Notes: a model not told the origin generated them from the sequence alone. A stretch of 64,000 bases of DNA from Antedon mediterranea (GCF_964355755.1 NC_092671.1:19902001-19966000), one strand, 5' to 3'; positions 25,701 to 39,643 are shown, counted from the stretch's first letter. Program-made: numbers and translations.

Positions 25701-28700
25701 CGAATACTTAAATTGAAAGAGATTTGTGAAACTTAGAACGTTGATGTTATCAAAAGTTGAGAACCACAACAAATCTGCCACCCCAACAAAGCGATGAGTT
25801 CCCGGAGCATTGGTTCTGTTTTTGTAGATTCTTAGGCGTACACGGAAAGTTGGTTTTGCAGCAATCTGAATAGTTCCAAGCTGTAAAATAAGAAATGTTA
25901 CTAACTTGTTGTTAACGCTTATCGTTGGTTTCATTTAGGAAAACAACATCGAAAACAAATCCTAATCAAAGCAACAAATTTCGTTTTTGTCAACAACTAT
26001 TTATCTTATCTGCTTACATCAAATCGGATGGGTGTTGGGCCAGGCATACTTGTATTTACCACTGGTGGCTGAAACAGTTCTGTGTATTCTGATTCCAGGC
26101 TAATATACTGGACATTCTTCGACGTAAGCAATGTGAAGGTTGTGTCTACTGCTTTTCCCTTTGAATCGTCTTCATGCCAAATGGTAACCAATATTATGAC
26201 ATCATCACTAGAAAATAGACCAAAATACTATTATTCTATTTTGTAGCACATCAAATTGAATAAAAGATTATTTTACTTTTTGATATAAGAGGAGGACTTT
26301 CAGTGGAAAAAGTTAGGCAGTCCAAATGTTTAGTACAGTATTTAGCTAGGTCAAAGTCTAAAAGTCATCAAAGTAATTGCAATTAAAAGTCGTCAACGAG
26401 CAATAAATCCGACGATTAAATTTGATTTTTTAAGACACCATCATGTCTTAATTATTTGATTTAGAATAAATAATAATATGCTTATATCCTCTTAAGGTTT
26501 GCTAGTATCAGTCTATAAAAAAACTTACTCTTTATAAAATGAATTAGGTTCGTATGATATTTTGAAGGTCATCTTAGGTTCTGGAACTTTATTAATTAGC
26601 GTATGAACTGGTACTTCTCCAACCCAGACGTGATATCCGTCGCCAATCTGCACCCCAAGTCCTAACGAGTATTCAGAACCATTGACCACCGCGTCTGTAT
26701 CGTCCAGTACAGCCTCTACTTCTAGCGCTAAGACGTTACTAGAACGGTCTTGGTCGGTCACCTCAATAAACCCGTCAAACTGTGTCACCGACCAGTCCTT
26801 AAGGATGCCGTAGTCATCTTCATTAGCAATGTACTGCGTCTTAATAGCGTAGTAGCAGAACTCTGTCGAATATGTACAGAGTAAAGTGTTACTAACAAAC
26901 GAAACCGACACTTTGTTAATACTCCACTGCTTGCTGGTTGTATTTGTTGAAAAGTTGTATGGCAGCGTGACTTCAAGTGTAGGATCAGCGGTACCTTTTG
27001 GAAACTCAACAATAAGGTTTATATGCACTTTTTGACCAACGTTAACATAAACACTTCCATCTGCAGACTGCTCAGTAACGTTCATCACAAAACGCGGTAG
27101 TTTACTGTAAACTGCTTTAGTAGCTCCTTCTGCTCTAATAACGCCTTTGAGTGAGTCATTGATTTCAGCCTTAATGGTAACTCGTAAAAGAACTCCAGGT
27201 TTTAAATAAGCTACAAAAAAACCCCGATTTTTAGAAACTTAACAATTTAAAACAAAACATTGTGTTTTTTTAAAAATTCAGAAAAATATTTGGTTCCCAT
27301 TAATTAATCAGACATTGCCATGTGTTGTGTGTTTAATACCCTAATTGATGTATGCGGTGTATGCCTAGTCAATTTGCTGGATATATTATGTAGTAATGTA
27401 TGTAATATACTGTATAAAAAAATCATATATTATATGATTGGATAACAAAATTCGTTTAAACAGTATAATTTTAGTTTAGTAACGTATAGTAGACTAACAT
27501 ACCAATCTATTAATTAGGTAATATGTTAAAATTAGTATGTTGTTTTTGTTATAATATACAGTTTAAATACCATTAACAGTAGAATTGATGCTCCCTATGA
27601 ATTCAATGTCACTCGTAAAATATTCATCGTTGCTAAATGACAAAAAAAGTTCTTCAGGAGAGCCAAAGCTGACTTGAAAGTCGTCCTAGAGAAAAACATT
27701 TACATACATTTATATCTAAACATTAAGGTATGCATAAATACAGTTAGTCTACAGGCAATGAATGGAAGCTTAAATCAAGTTAGTGTGAAATGGTAAACGT
27801 GAGAAATCTGCAAGAAGCGCTTTATTTGGAAATGCCAAACATATCATATAATTGTATCTTATTACTTTGGTGCTTATCCCACGATTCATAAGAATCATGT
27901 AATTATTATTTATTATGCCTACGAACAGAGCAATTTTAGAAAACACCAGAACATCTTACCGTCATAGTTTGGTTGATTTCTCCTTCTTTTCCTGTTAGTT
28001 TCCACACGAAAAAAGGATCTGCAGACAAGTTGAACTGAAAGAAAAACGTCTACCTATGAGCTCTATTGATATAGAAACAGTCAATATTTTCTTAAAATGT
28101 ATTCATTATTTGTATATATATCATTTATATATTGAAATCAAAACACCAATCCTGACCCGTCTGCCAAAATATTTTCCCAAAGATTTTCTCTGAAAATCCG
28201 AGAGAGGGCGTTCCATTTTAGGGATGAATGAATGAACTTTTTAATACGCTTTCCCTAAAGCAATATGTGTAGTCGACTATGTAGACTATGGTTCGAATCC
28301 CATGACCACTTCTATTTACTTTATAGTGAGAGAGATTATTAAGAGGGTTAGGTTTAGCTTTATTTAAGAAGTAGGCCTAGTTTGGCTATCTTTCATGTAT
28401 CTTTCAGAGAAAGTATTTGCGAAAAAAATCTCAATCAAAAACACAAACATCCCACACCTCTAAATAATAGCTTTACATGTTTTTGGTAATAAAAAAAAAA
28501 GAGTATTTAAACTAGATTTTAAATACTGATTTTTGTGATAGAAGATAATTTACCCGACATTTAATAATGAAAAAAAATCCACGCAAACGCAATATTAATG
28601 TACGTTTAAACATGTTCATATGAATGCATTGTTTAGGCCGTCTTATTTCTGTCATAGATTATATAGTACATACTGTACAGTACAATATAGGTGAAATTAC

Positions 28701-31700
28701 GGGACCCACAAATATTCTAATTTGTTTGATATGATGACATCATCTAAATGAAACATGAAGTGACAATTATATAAGCAAGAAAAAATTGGACGCGTTGAAG
28801 CGAGATGCGGCCTCTTTTTAATGCGATGTGACTAATATTCTGAGAAGTTATTATATTCAAATATACAGTAAATGTGAAATTGTGCGATTCATGATTGTTA
28901 GATATGAGAAAAAAGATAGTTGATTAAAAGATAATTGTTTGAGTAAGAACATATTGAGAGAAAAGCTGGCACGGATAAGTGCTCTGTTGAATAGTATGGT
29001 CTATATGAGAGAAATGATTTTTTAGATAATCGACACACAATCTGTACAGGAGAAAAAAATAATGGTGTAGACAATAACAATAGGTGATCTTAGTTCACCT
29101 AATTAGTTAGAAAATAATCAATAACAGCAAAATAGTGAATAAAGTCAGTGTCACTAAATGATATGTACCAGAGTGTGCACTTGCGTCGCTCACTAAAGCC
29201 TGTTTTCCAGGCGAGGTAGAATTGCGATAACTCTTACTATTTTACAGTAATACGCTGACAATTCAACGATTACAATAATTGATTTCGATACGATCGTAAA
29301 AACTGACCAATCAAATTAAGTCATTACGCTGATAATTCATGAATATCACAACGCGACGTTCGTGGAATACCACGTATCCGAGGTTACTTCTTTTCTGTCA
29401 GTAATGCATATTCATATTCTTTTCTGACCAAATACCTGCATATTGTCAGCTTTAATGGTAACGTTGAGGCTTGTTCCGGATATCAATCCAGTAGTGTTTA
29501 CCAATAAATCTGTCTTCACTTCATCTAAAACTCCATAATGTGATGCCGAATTTTCAACGTTTGCACCCGCATCCATATTAGCGTCAATAACTGGAATGTA
29601 AAAAAATACAAATTATCACACAAAAAAAAATAATTGCAATTATGTGTTGTTGTATATAGGGTAGGGGTGTATCTGTGGATCATGTGCCGTGCGTATAAAT
29701 ATAAATACACAGCTGTTAACTGTACAACACAAGCTAGTGGATTTCGCTCAATTGAGCGAGAAAAAAATAGAGGTTAAAAATGGTAATATCTCACCCTCTC
29801 CGAACAACTAATTATGTTCACCTTAATATATTAATGATGTCATCAATGACGTTCTATGTATGATAGTAAGCAATTAATAATCGATATTAACAATAACTGA
29901 AAGAAGGTGTTACGTATCACCATGGAGAAATCAGTTTTCTCCATGGTATCACTGAAAGGTTTTGTGAATTTACTGTGTTGTGTCTATTTTTATTGATAAT
30001 ACATCCTATTAGTGTACAGCATTATTCAAATTAAGTGCAAATTGTAACATCCTTGAACGTCAAGCTGGGAAATGTAAACTTGGCAATTTCAGAAGACGAC
30101 AAGGTACAGTACTCCTCTGAATGGGAGGATTTTCACCCCGTCTTTGGAATTGTCAGTTTTCCTCGTTTTCCGGGCTTTAGTTATTTCTGGCGCCGAAAAC
30201 TTTATTTAGCCAACGTTTTTTAATATCGATCCCCAAAATGTAATGCCTAAGGAAAACAAATCTATCTAATTGGTAGTCCAGGGCTTTAAATTTAATATAC
30301 TGGGTAAGGGGGAGTAAATTAAATTACCAAAGCCACATTCGCTGGAAATGGAGGAGGTTTCAATGATATATGATGTGAATTGTTTATGAAATAAATTGTA
30401 ATTTTTGAGGTTAATTAGTAGATTTGAAGGAAGAAGTTGTGAAAATCAAAATTACAGCTATGGCAATAAAATATAGTGAGACCATTTTTGTAGTAACAAA
30501 ATGAACATCAGGTACTGATATATTTTAGAAACTGTTTATTTAAAACTTTCCAGATTTGACAATAGAAAACACTTTAATTAAAATCTTAACTATTTACCTG
30601 CACAGCCGTAAAGTTCCATTCTCAAAGTATAATATAAGAGTATAATATGTGCGGGTAATGTTTGTGTCGTTAAATTTTTAGATTTAAAGGAAGAATTTGT
30701 GAAAATCAAAATTAAATCTATGGCAATGAAATATAGTAAGACCATTGTTGTAGGAACAAAATGAACATCAGGTACGGATATTTGTTAGAAACTGTAACAA
30801 CAATTTATTTAAAAACTTTCCAGATTTGACAATAGAACTAAAATTAAAATTTTAACTATTTACCTGCACAGCCGTAAAGTTCCATTCTCAAAGCTGGCCA
30901 ATTACTCCAATCATATGGATAAATACGAATATATTGAGCATATACAGGAGAAGAAAAAGAATTGGTCACAACACCATCTCCATCAGTATTTCCTGGAAAC
31001 CTCTAACATTTATAAAATCATTTTTTTAAATATATGGATATATTGTCCGCCTAAAAAAAATTCCTAACTTTTTCTTGCTGAATATGTCATTTTAATGCCA
31101 CATAATGGTTATTCACTTTGACAAAAAAAAACTGGATCGAAAAATAATAATCCTCTGAACAAAATATACCTAACTGTCATACAATGGCTTTTTGTTAAAA
31201 TTCACTGTTTCTTTTGTTTTGTTTTATAATAATAATAATTATTATAAAACAATTATTATTATTATAATAATAATTATTTTTGTTGATTTTTTACAAAAGT
31301 GAATAACTTTAATAAAACTGCAAAATGGCCTATTCAAAATCTTTAAATTAATTTATAATTATTCACAACTATTGGAAATGGGAAAATATTTTCCGCCCAG
31401 GGTGAACTGTAAAAGACAATGCGGTTGAAATTTCTTGATCACATTTTCCGTTTTTGTAAATGTACATACTATAGGTTAATGTTGTGTTATGATTGTTATT
31501 CAAAATAATGTATGTATGAACAGTGGAGTATATCCAACAAATTAAAATAAAATAAAAAATGTTGAATAAGTAAGGCGAATTCAATGTTGCTAACATAATG
31601 AACAACATAATAATGTCGCTTATACAATAAATAAACAACTAATCATAGACCTTATCTTGCAAAAACAATACCTTCATCCTATTTAGAATTAGAATTTTAA

Positions 31701-32993
31701 AAAACCTAACAACAAACAAGGCGCGTAGTGGAACTGTGGCTTTGTGGTTGACATAATTGCTTATCGATGCAAAAGTCCTTGGTTGAAATTACTTATGACG
31801 GCCAAAACAATGCACCCAGTACATTGGAGTAGTAGTACCCTCATTTAGTTTTGATGTTTCGTGTTGAGCCAAAATACAGGAAATCGGGATGGCAGCTCTT
31901 GTTTTAACTACGGTACTATATTATATTTAATATTGTTACAAGAATTTGAAATTCATTACTTCAACAATCAAACTGCAAAGCAGTGCTAAATAATATTATG
32001 ATTAATTCGATATTGTTTAATCTCATCTAATTAAGAATAGGCTATCTGCTCGAGATAATCAAAGTTATATAATGTGACATGAATCAAATTACTGCTTTTC
32101 AATTTGTTGTCAATTGTTCAGTTTTTCCTAATATAATTGTTCAATTAAAACTTCTGTGTCATTGGCTTATGGTTTCCTCTTGGCCTTTTTTGCCAACTAC
32201 CGTATTTAATAATAACACATTTTATTGTTAAATACTTACTCCGCCACCTACAGCCGTTATTTCAATAAAGTTATTGCCATCAGTGCTGTATTTTACGTTG
32301 TATTCCGTTACTCTTTCACTAAGTCCTCCTGATCCTTGAGTAGCCACTTGAGATACTTGTGATAAGCTACCAAGATCAACTTGGATATATTCAGTGCTAT
32401 CTTTTGTTGCAGGTGCCCAATAACCACTGCCTTGAAGTCTTCCCTTATACGGATGATTGCTTTGACTGCCGGTGTTAAAGAAACTTGATGCAGTCATTTG
32501 ACTATTAGGAATTTTACCATTCTCAATTCCAAGATCATTATTGCAGGATTCTGAAAGTAGAGATAAAGCTTCAGTTTTTATAATCCAACAGTAATGTCAT
32601 TTATTTTTCAAATGAACTTCAAATCAAAAGTTAAACCGACTAGAACATTTTAAATCTTATTATTGATATTATTGTTTTTGTTATTATCTTAAAGTAATAT
32701 GGATGTTATAGTTTTTTTTTCTCTCTTTTGTGGCGTTAACCACTATTTATTCATTTCATTTCATCAACAGATTAATACAATTATTTCTAATAATAATAAT
32801 AACTATTCATTGTTATTCTTACTTTTGTTTGGTTTATATATATATATATATATATATTGAAGTCGAATACTTCTTCTCGTGCGTTACTTATGTTGCGTTA
32901 CGTTTCTTTTCCTCATCTTTATCGTTTCAAATTAATTAATTAAATTTCAGTATATCACCGGGCGGTTTCGAATTAATGTTCATTGCCTAATGT

Positions 32994-33041
<48 letters not shown>

Positions 33042-36000
33042 TTTTTTTTATTTTATCAACGTTACTGTTCTTGGAATCAGAGCATTATTTCTTTTCTGTT
33101 ATCCACCTTTTTTCATAATTTTCTAGTATTTTTTTTGTTCTATAATTCTCAACATCTAACATTGTGAACACTTAACTAATAAATGTACTGTATGAGATAC
33201 ATTTACTAATGTTGTATAGTTATTTTTGGTAGTATTTTTGACATATAATTCATTTATACCCTATATACAGATTATATACATTATTTTAAAATACGAATAT
33301 AAAAAAAAAAACAAAAACAAAAATATTAAAAATGCTTTTCTTACTCCTGTGTCTAGTTTTATGTCTCATGGTTATATTTGTTTGCTTATCTTCTCGTGCG
33401 TTACTTATGTTGCGTTACGTTTCTTTTTTGTTTTCAATATTAATTTATACAATTTTTTTTTTTTTTTTATATTTCATATAAGATAAAATGAAACTGCCTA
33501 TGTGTATTATACAACATTATTATGTAATATATTTTAAATAATCAGATTCACATCAATATAAATTATAATAGGTGGTTAAGGTAAGATCTTTTGTTTTTTT
33601 CCGCCATAAAAAGACGAGACAATGATCCGGTCCATTTGTTTACATTTTTCAAAGTATGTGCCTTGTAAACGCAGAAGCATCCAATAGAGAACATGTGGTC
33701 TACATATTTGTTTCCTGTACCTAGTACAATGTTTCGATAATTTGCCTCGATCCCAAATTTGTGCATGGTGTAAACGTTAATATATTCCCATAAGGGTTTT
33801 ACTTCAGTGCATTCATAAAAGAAATGGGCATCATCCTCTACTACGTTGCATTGTAGGCAAGTATCTGTGTTGCTTATTTTCCATTTTAACAGCCTTCTTT
33901 TGGTAGGTGTTATACAATGCAATAGTTTGATGTTCAACTGTTTAAGTTTATTATCTTTAATATCTTTAATTTTTCTTTTCCATGTTACAGACCAATCGTT
34001 CTCCATGTTAAAATATGTTTCCCATTTTGTTTTACTTTTGGATGGTTCTAGACATTTTTCCTTAATAAAGAAAGAACATATTTGTTTGCTACTCATATTC
34101 AAACATCGAACGTGTGTTGTTTTTGAGTGCTTTTGGTTTTTATCCCTTAAAAGATTTTCTCTTTCCATTCTTTTGGAATTGCGTTTAATACAATTTGCCA
34201 TTCAGCAATCCAGTTTGATTTATACCTAAGCATATCAAGTAATTCATTTGCGTTAATGAACCTATTCTCAATTACAATATCCTTAATATTTCGCACACCT
34301 GACCTTATCCAGTTTCTAAAAAATATTGACATGTCATTGTATAAAATCATTTTGTTATACCAGAGTTGTTGATGCAATATATCATCATAACATAATTGAC
34401 GTTTAGTCATACCGCTATTAAGTTTGACTAAAATACATAGTATAGATTTATAGAAATCGGGTATGGCTTTAAAAATAGCATTTTTCTTATCAATATATGA
34501 TATGTTTTCAATAATATCTTTTGGGCCTATTCTATTAAAATATGTGTTTGGCAGACATTTCCACTTTGAATCCTCATTGTTATACAATCTTTTAAGCTAA
34601 GATATTTTTAAAGATTTAACCTGTGACCTGAAATCAGGCGCTTTAACACCACCACTTTCATATTCGTTTATAAGAACTACTCTTTTAACCTTTTCTCTTT
34701 TTCCATCCCACAAAAAGTCAAAAATTATGTTATCAACACGTTTTAGAACACTTTCAGGCGTGTCTATAATACTTGCAACATAAACAAGTTTTGACAGGCC
34801 AAGCGTCTTTAATATGGATGTTATAGTTTAGGAAATTGTTGTCCTTTGTTGACAAGTCTGAGGAAAATGCTAGATGGACTTGACATAAATCTTGAGAATA
34901 TATAACTTAATTCTTTTCGATACAATACTAATTACAACGTGTTAGCAAAGAGAAAACATTGTAAATAGATAGATAGATATAACTTGTATTGTCCTTCTTG
35001 TAAAATATAACAAAAGGAAATTCATCTTCCATTGGCAAAATAAAATAATGAGTAAAACGTAAGAACAACATATAAAATATAGAACATTATAATAAGTAAA
35101 TGTAAATATGCACAGCTTAGAAATTAGTTAATATTATTATTATTATTGCCCCCTTTATTGATTATTATTATTAATAATATTAACAAATTATGTACAAAAA
35201 GTAAGTGGTTCCATCGTCTGATAATTAGCTGCTACTGTGTCCACTACCTCACTGCACCTTCGTTGTGTAAATGGATTGCATTTACCACAAACGAATACCG
35301 GTACCGATCCGCCTTAGCATTAAGTACACGTAGTCGGACCTCCCATCTCATGTAACTAAAGAGGCCAGCAAGTGGATGAGATTGATAATTCAAAATAGCA
35401 TATAGCTTATTGTTAACATATTTAACATAGATTAATTATATGTCGATTCCAATACATTTCTGCGCAGTTTTCCAAACTATTCCCATTAGTGTTTTATGTT
35501 GAACACCAAAGTTTCCCTAAATGCATACGATACCACAAACCAGTACGCTCTGTATAATTGATTGATTCACATTTAACGATCGTTAGAAAATACATACTTT
35601 GGCTTTAATTTTTCACTAGATTAGTAAAATGCGTGTCCCATTTTAGGTCATTATTAATAGTAATTCCTTAATATACAAATTGGGTCACGCTACCATGAAA
35701 TAACATCATCGCTTATCTTAATACTGTATTCAGGACGATGCTTTCTAAAATCAAATATCACCTTTGTTTTTTTTTTTTAACGTTAAGAGAAAGGTAATTA
35801 TGCTGGGACCATCTTACAAATCCATGGATCTCATTTTCATATGCCACAGTCACTTTTATTTTTAATCAAAGATAAAAATGCCATCTGCGTATTTTCTATC
35901 TCCACACTCTATTTGCATAAGTTCAGTTTCAATATTGTTCATTTCTATACATATAGCGGGGAGACAGGAGCACGATGTTATGGTCCGATTTCCCATGCAG

Positions 36001-36543
36001 TGGAAGAATTTTTGTTTTAAAAACCTGTGTAATGTAACGCCAGAACATTATCGGGTATATTCTCATTTAAATGAGTCTCGGTGAAGCACATTAAACTTTA
36101 TACATAAGAAACATAAAGATTGTACAAAAACCCATTGTGTGCAATATGGTTAAAATGTAATCCTCCCTATCTTTATTAATAGGTAAAAAGTAATTTGTAT
36201 ATAAATCTATTAGATTTTTAACGAAACGTATTACAATAGTAACATAATATTGTGGGAATAAACATATAGGCCTATTATCTTGGAAATGAATATCTTATTT
36301 ACTTTCGATACGATATACTAATCACAAAGTATTAGCAAAAAGCAAAACATTGTGAATATTACATAAAAAACATACAAATACATACAAATTGTAAAAAAAA
36401 ACGTTGTGTACAATAGCCAAGTAAATTGATATATTTATAGGTCAACGAAACGTATTAATTACAATAGTAACATATACCGTACCTTCTTTACTTATATGGA
36501 GCAAAGCTGAAAGAAAAATGCAGACGAATTTCCAACAGTCCAT
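21638..36543 (-). CDS. Gene B: secreted multidomain protein of about 987 aa (signal peptide, F5/8C, uncharacterised beta-rich region, C-type lectin domain, Cys-rich module, Asp-box/BNR region)
   Basis: 15 coding exons: 36543-36483, 32550-32240, 31002-30864, 29590-29436, 28034-27960, 27685-27571, 27210-26529, 26207-26018, 25880-25679, 24983-24772, 24493-24280, 23906-23715 (GC donor), 23535-23383, 22292-22089, 21696-21638. Phases all match; total 2964 nt from ATG to TAA. Motifs: YIQVDLG and LRMELYGC (F5/8C); WDAAKTAC, YWIG and FKWTDGS (CTLD); CVCHYDSGSNQCDCC; SKDHGATW (Asp-box). Confidence 0.88.
22665..23335 (-). mobile_element. 5'-truncated CR1/L2-group LINE in intron 13 of gene B
   Basis: HFDYCNVVWG...LEVLQNRVAKII...YNTRS...KKSFSYSGGKLLNSL; (TTA)n tail at about 22665-22697. 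Confidence 0.8.
25204..25317 (-). mobile_element. tRNA-like Pol III unit enclosed by 14-bp perfect inverted repeats
   Basis: GGAGTGGAGTTGTA (25204-25217) / TACAACTCCACTCC (25304-25317); minus strand has A box TAGCTTGGTGG, B box GGTTCAAGTCC and a T6 run. Confidence 0.5.
29921..29945. mobile_element. 25-bp palindrome flanked by a 7-bp direct repeat; candidate P-element-like excision footprint
   Basis: gtatcac-CATGGAGAAA-tcagt-TTTCTCCATG-gtatcac. Confidence 0.65.
30420..30627 (-). pseudogene. Orphan duplicate of the 3' end of exon 3 (LRMELYGCA plus donor) and its downstream intron
   Basis: 30598-30627 repeats 30864-30893 but has no acceptor; 30420-30597 is a more diverged copy of about 30680-30863. 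Confidence 0.75.
32908..33035 (+). mobile_element. 3' half of the tRNA-derived SINE seen at 55553, ending in (TA)n
   Basis: TTCCTCATC...CAAATTAATTAATTAAAT...TATCACCGGGCGGTTT...GCCTAATGTGTTTATATA is shared with about 55647-55746. Confidence 0.75.
33450..34820 (-). mobile_element. 5'-truncated L1/Tx1 LINE (ORF2 C-terminus with zinc knuckle) in intron 1 of gene B
   Basis: KTLGLSKLVYVAS...FLWDGK...GGVKAPDF...LWYNKMI...KLLHCITPT...CLQCNVVEDDAHFFYEC; stops and frameshifts; A-rich 3' region. Confidence 0.85.
34965..35900 (-). mobile_element. Highly decayed CR1/L2-group LINE 3' fragment
   Basis: Residual peptides such as HPLAGLF...LRVLNAKADRYRYSFV; boundaries approximate. Confidence 0.4.
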
Positions 36544-38699
36544 TGTTATAAAAAACAACCCAACTATGCAGGTAATCGACAATGTTCAATCTGTCAACAG
36601 TAAACGAATACTGAAAGCAACTGTTTAAAAGTATTACACAATACTAAATAACTGATGCATGCGAACATCGTGGAACATGTTACGTGAATGGTTGTAAAAA
36701 TCAAAATGATATTGAGATTGATCGAATACTGACAAAGGTAAATCTGATGGTGGCAATAGGATGGATCCTGAAACCTGACTTTTAGTATAGAAGATAAGGA
36801 TACTTGGTTGTACACATAGAAAAGTGGTGTCATGATATAACTGTATATGTCATGATTTGCAGCTTCCAGGAGGTTGCCTACGTAAGTTATGTGTTTTTTT
36901 CTTCTCAACAGTTTTTTTGTTTATGTTATGTTTTTGTAAAACGTATTCAGGGTTTGTAGCAATGGGTTTCCCCTTAAAATGTATATATCTGTGACATTGA
37001 AGGCACCCTGCAGACAACAGTGCAAATGACCATTCAGTTTAAATCAGATGATGAAAGTTTGCAATTGAAATCGATAGTGATTTAATAATTTCTAGTAACG
37101 AAGGCTCAATATTTAATTACGATAGTCATATATAAGCACAAATCTAATTCACACAATGCTAAATAGGACTTACACATCAACGTTTTGAATTGTCTATGTC
37201 GAAGTGGATACAATATTTCATCAGCAATGTTGGCAAAGTCAGATAATACTGCCTTTCATTTTATGTTTATTGTGAAAACAGGCGTAGGCGTTTTAGTTGT
37301 AGATAATTGCTATTGTTGCTATGATAACATAATTTGAAGTATGTACCGCATGCAAATCAATCAGGTGGACCAATCACAAGGCCACATATTTTATGCGCGG
37401 TATTTGAATTGTTTAGCGTGGGAAGAGGAGGCAGGACTCGCTCACGGTGTATGTATCATATTTCATGTAATATAATGTAACATAATGTAAACCATCAGGT
37501 TATTTTAATAGTAATGCATGACAGCTAATGGGCCATTGATAAACTGTCACATAAGACGACATTTAACAATACTGTACATATTCTAGTCTATAAGACCGTT
37601 AGTTCCAATAATTTTCTATCTAAAATATACCTCTTAACTTATGTGAATTAAAATGTATCATATAATGGTATTTTATACTGTAAATACTGACAATATGTGA
37701 CCAGCTCTGACAAGGTGAAACATAACTCGTTGTTCCTATTCACTGTACTACCACGTTAACAACTATCTTGGTGAAAATAGGATTTCCCCCTTTTTGGAAT
37801 GGCGCTAGTTGTTTTTTACAGCTTTTGTTTTTCCTCAGTTCCCCCTTTTTATGTTTATGTTTCACTGAAAAGAATAAATAAATAAACCTACAACCATTCA
37901 AAAATCAAGATCAAATTTCATTTTGTGTGATTTAAATTTATAAAGGGTTTTAAAGTGATTTTAATGAGTACCGTACTTTTTTTTTTATTTCAGTTTGTTT
38001 CCAAAAAATGAAATAAAGGGCACGTAATACTGTAATATTTGTATAGCTACCTTTGAAAACATGGTAGAGCCTGAAATTATAAATATTCATAAGCCGAATT
38101 CAGTGGGTTTTACCAGTAGTGTTTTCAATTTTGGTGGTTGGAGATACCTTGTAATTTTCGGAGGGGGTATATTTGAATAATCCTAAAAAATTAACTTCTT
38201 CAATAAAATAATTTTTCCAGATCTTTCTTTTTATGGTATTTTTTATTGAGTATACATTGCGCAATTTTGCGTAAACAGACACTTTCCCCTGTAAGGGTCA
38301 ATTGGGAGTATGATCATGTGAAATTGGCATAGCGATCTGTTCTCATCATGATGTGACCCCATAATGTTTTCACAGTTTAATGATGTGATTGTGATATTAT
38401 TACTAAAATGTCAAATTTAACGAGATCTGAGAAAGAGGTTACTGGTGGCTATGTATTCAATACAGATAGGCCTAGGCCTACTAGGTATGTACTGATGCTA
38501 TTAGCCTAGCTGCTAGGCTGTGATAGCCTTACAGCAGTGAAGTTTGTTCTCTCACCCAGCCTCCGACTACCCATAATGATAGGGTGTCTGAATAATTGCA
38601 GTTCAAATTTAGTAACTTTTCAATCCAATCATATAGGCTAATTCATTACGCTAGTATTTTCGCTCCTCCTCCCCCTACAAACACACCCCAGATACACTG

Positions 38700-39643
38700 G
38701 GTGATGTGTTGAAGCCGGTTCCAGTACAAATTATGTTATTATCACTCCCAACCCATAATCCCTCAGCGGCAGTTTTCAAATGTAGTTTAAAACATTCCAA
38801 ATACATTTTCGGTCATGGTGATAGGCCTACATCCCCACCCCAAACTCCCATCCGCTTCCCAGGGATGATTAAATACTTTAACACTTTCCAACCACAATTC
38901 TGGTGTAAGCAAAATCCCCACTATCCCCTGAACCCAAACTCCCAAACCCTATCTCCCAACCCCACTCTCCCACAATGGACGTTTTTTCCTTGGAGGATTG
39001 GTGATGTAGCTGAACACAGTAACAGTAAACAACATGTGTATGTTCACACAGGTATGGATGTCTGTAATGAGACAATCCAAGAGACCGATACATAGCTGGA
39101 TATGGTTAAAGTACTTTGCTAAATGTATAATTGAATAGGTGTCATATTGGTTAATGAATAAAATATGTATATCTATATCTTTATTTCGCCAAACGCCTTG
39201 CTGAGGATAATTCAAATACTGTAAACCTTTTGTAGTATAATTTTACAATTCGATAGCCTACAACCCCGAGCCCTAGCAAAAAATGACATCACAAACCACC
39301 ACCCTAGGAGTCGGGGGAATTTTTTTTAATGTAGTTTAAAACCTTCCGGGTACAATTGCCATCATTTTGATACCCCATACCTATGGTTACGTGCAGAAAC
39401 AGAAATTTTTATAACGAACAAACATCGAAAGTGGGAGTTTTGACCACATTTTGGTCCCTAACTTGGATCCTAGGTGGCGGATGATGTTGAAATATAGCTT
39501 AGAACATTCCCGGTACAATTGCGGTCATTTTGATACCCCATATGTAAGATTATGTGCAGTAACAAAATGTTGTATAACGAACAAACAAACAAACAAACAG
39601 ACAAACAAACAGACAGACTAACTCCCTCACTTATAATATAGAT
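38700..39643 (+). mobile_element. Helentron-associated (HINE/DINE-1-like) repeat with tandem core units and microsatellite
   Basis: Three related cores (about 38775, 39325, 39490; GGTCATTTTGATACCCCATA), a (CAAA/CAGA)n tract at about 39578-39618 and the end TATAATATAGAT. Confidence 0.55.
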
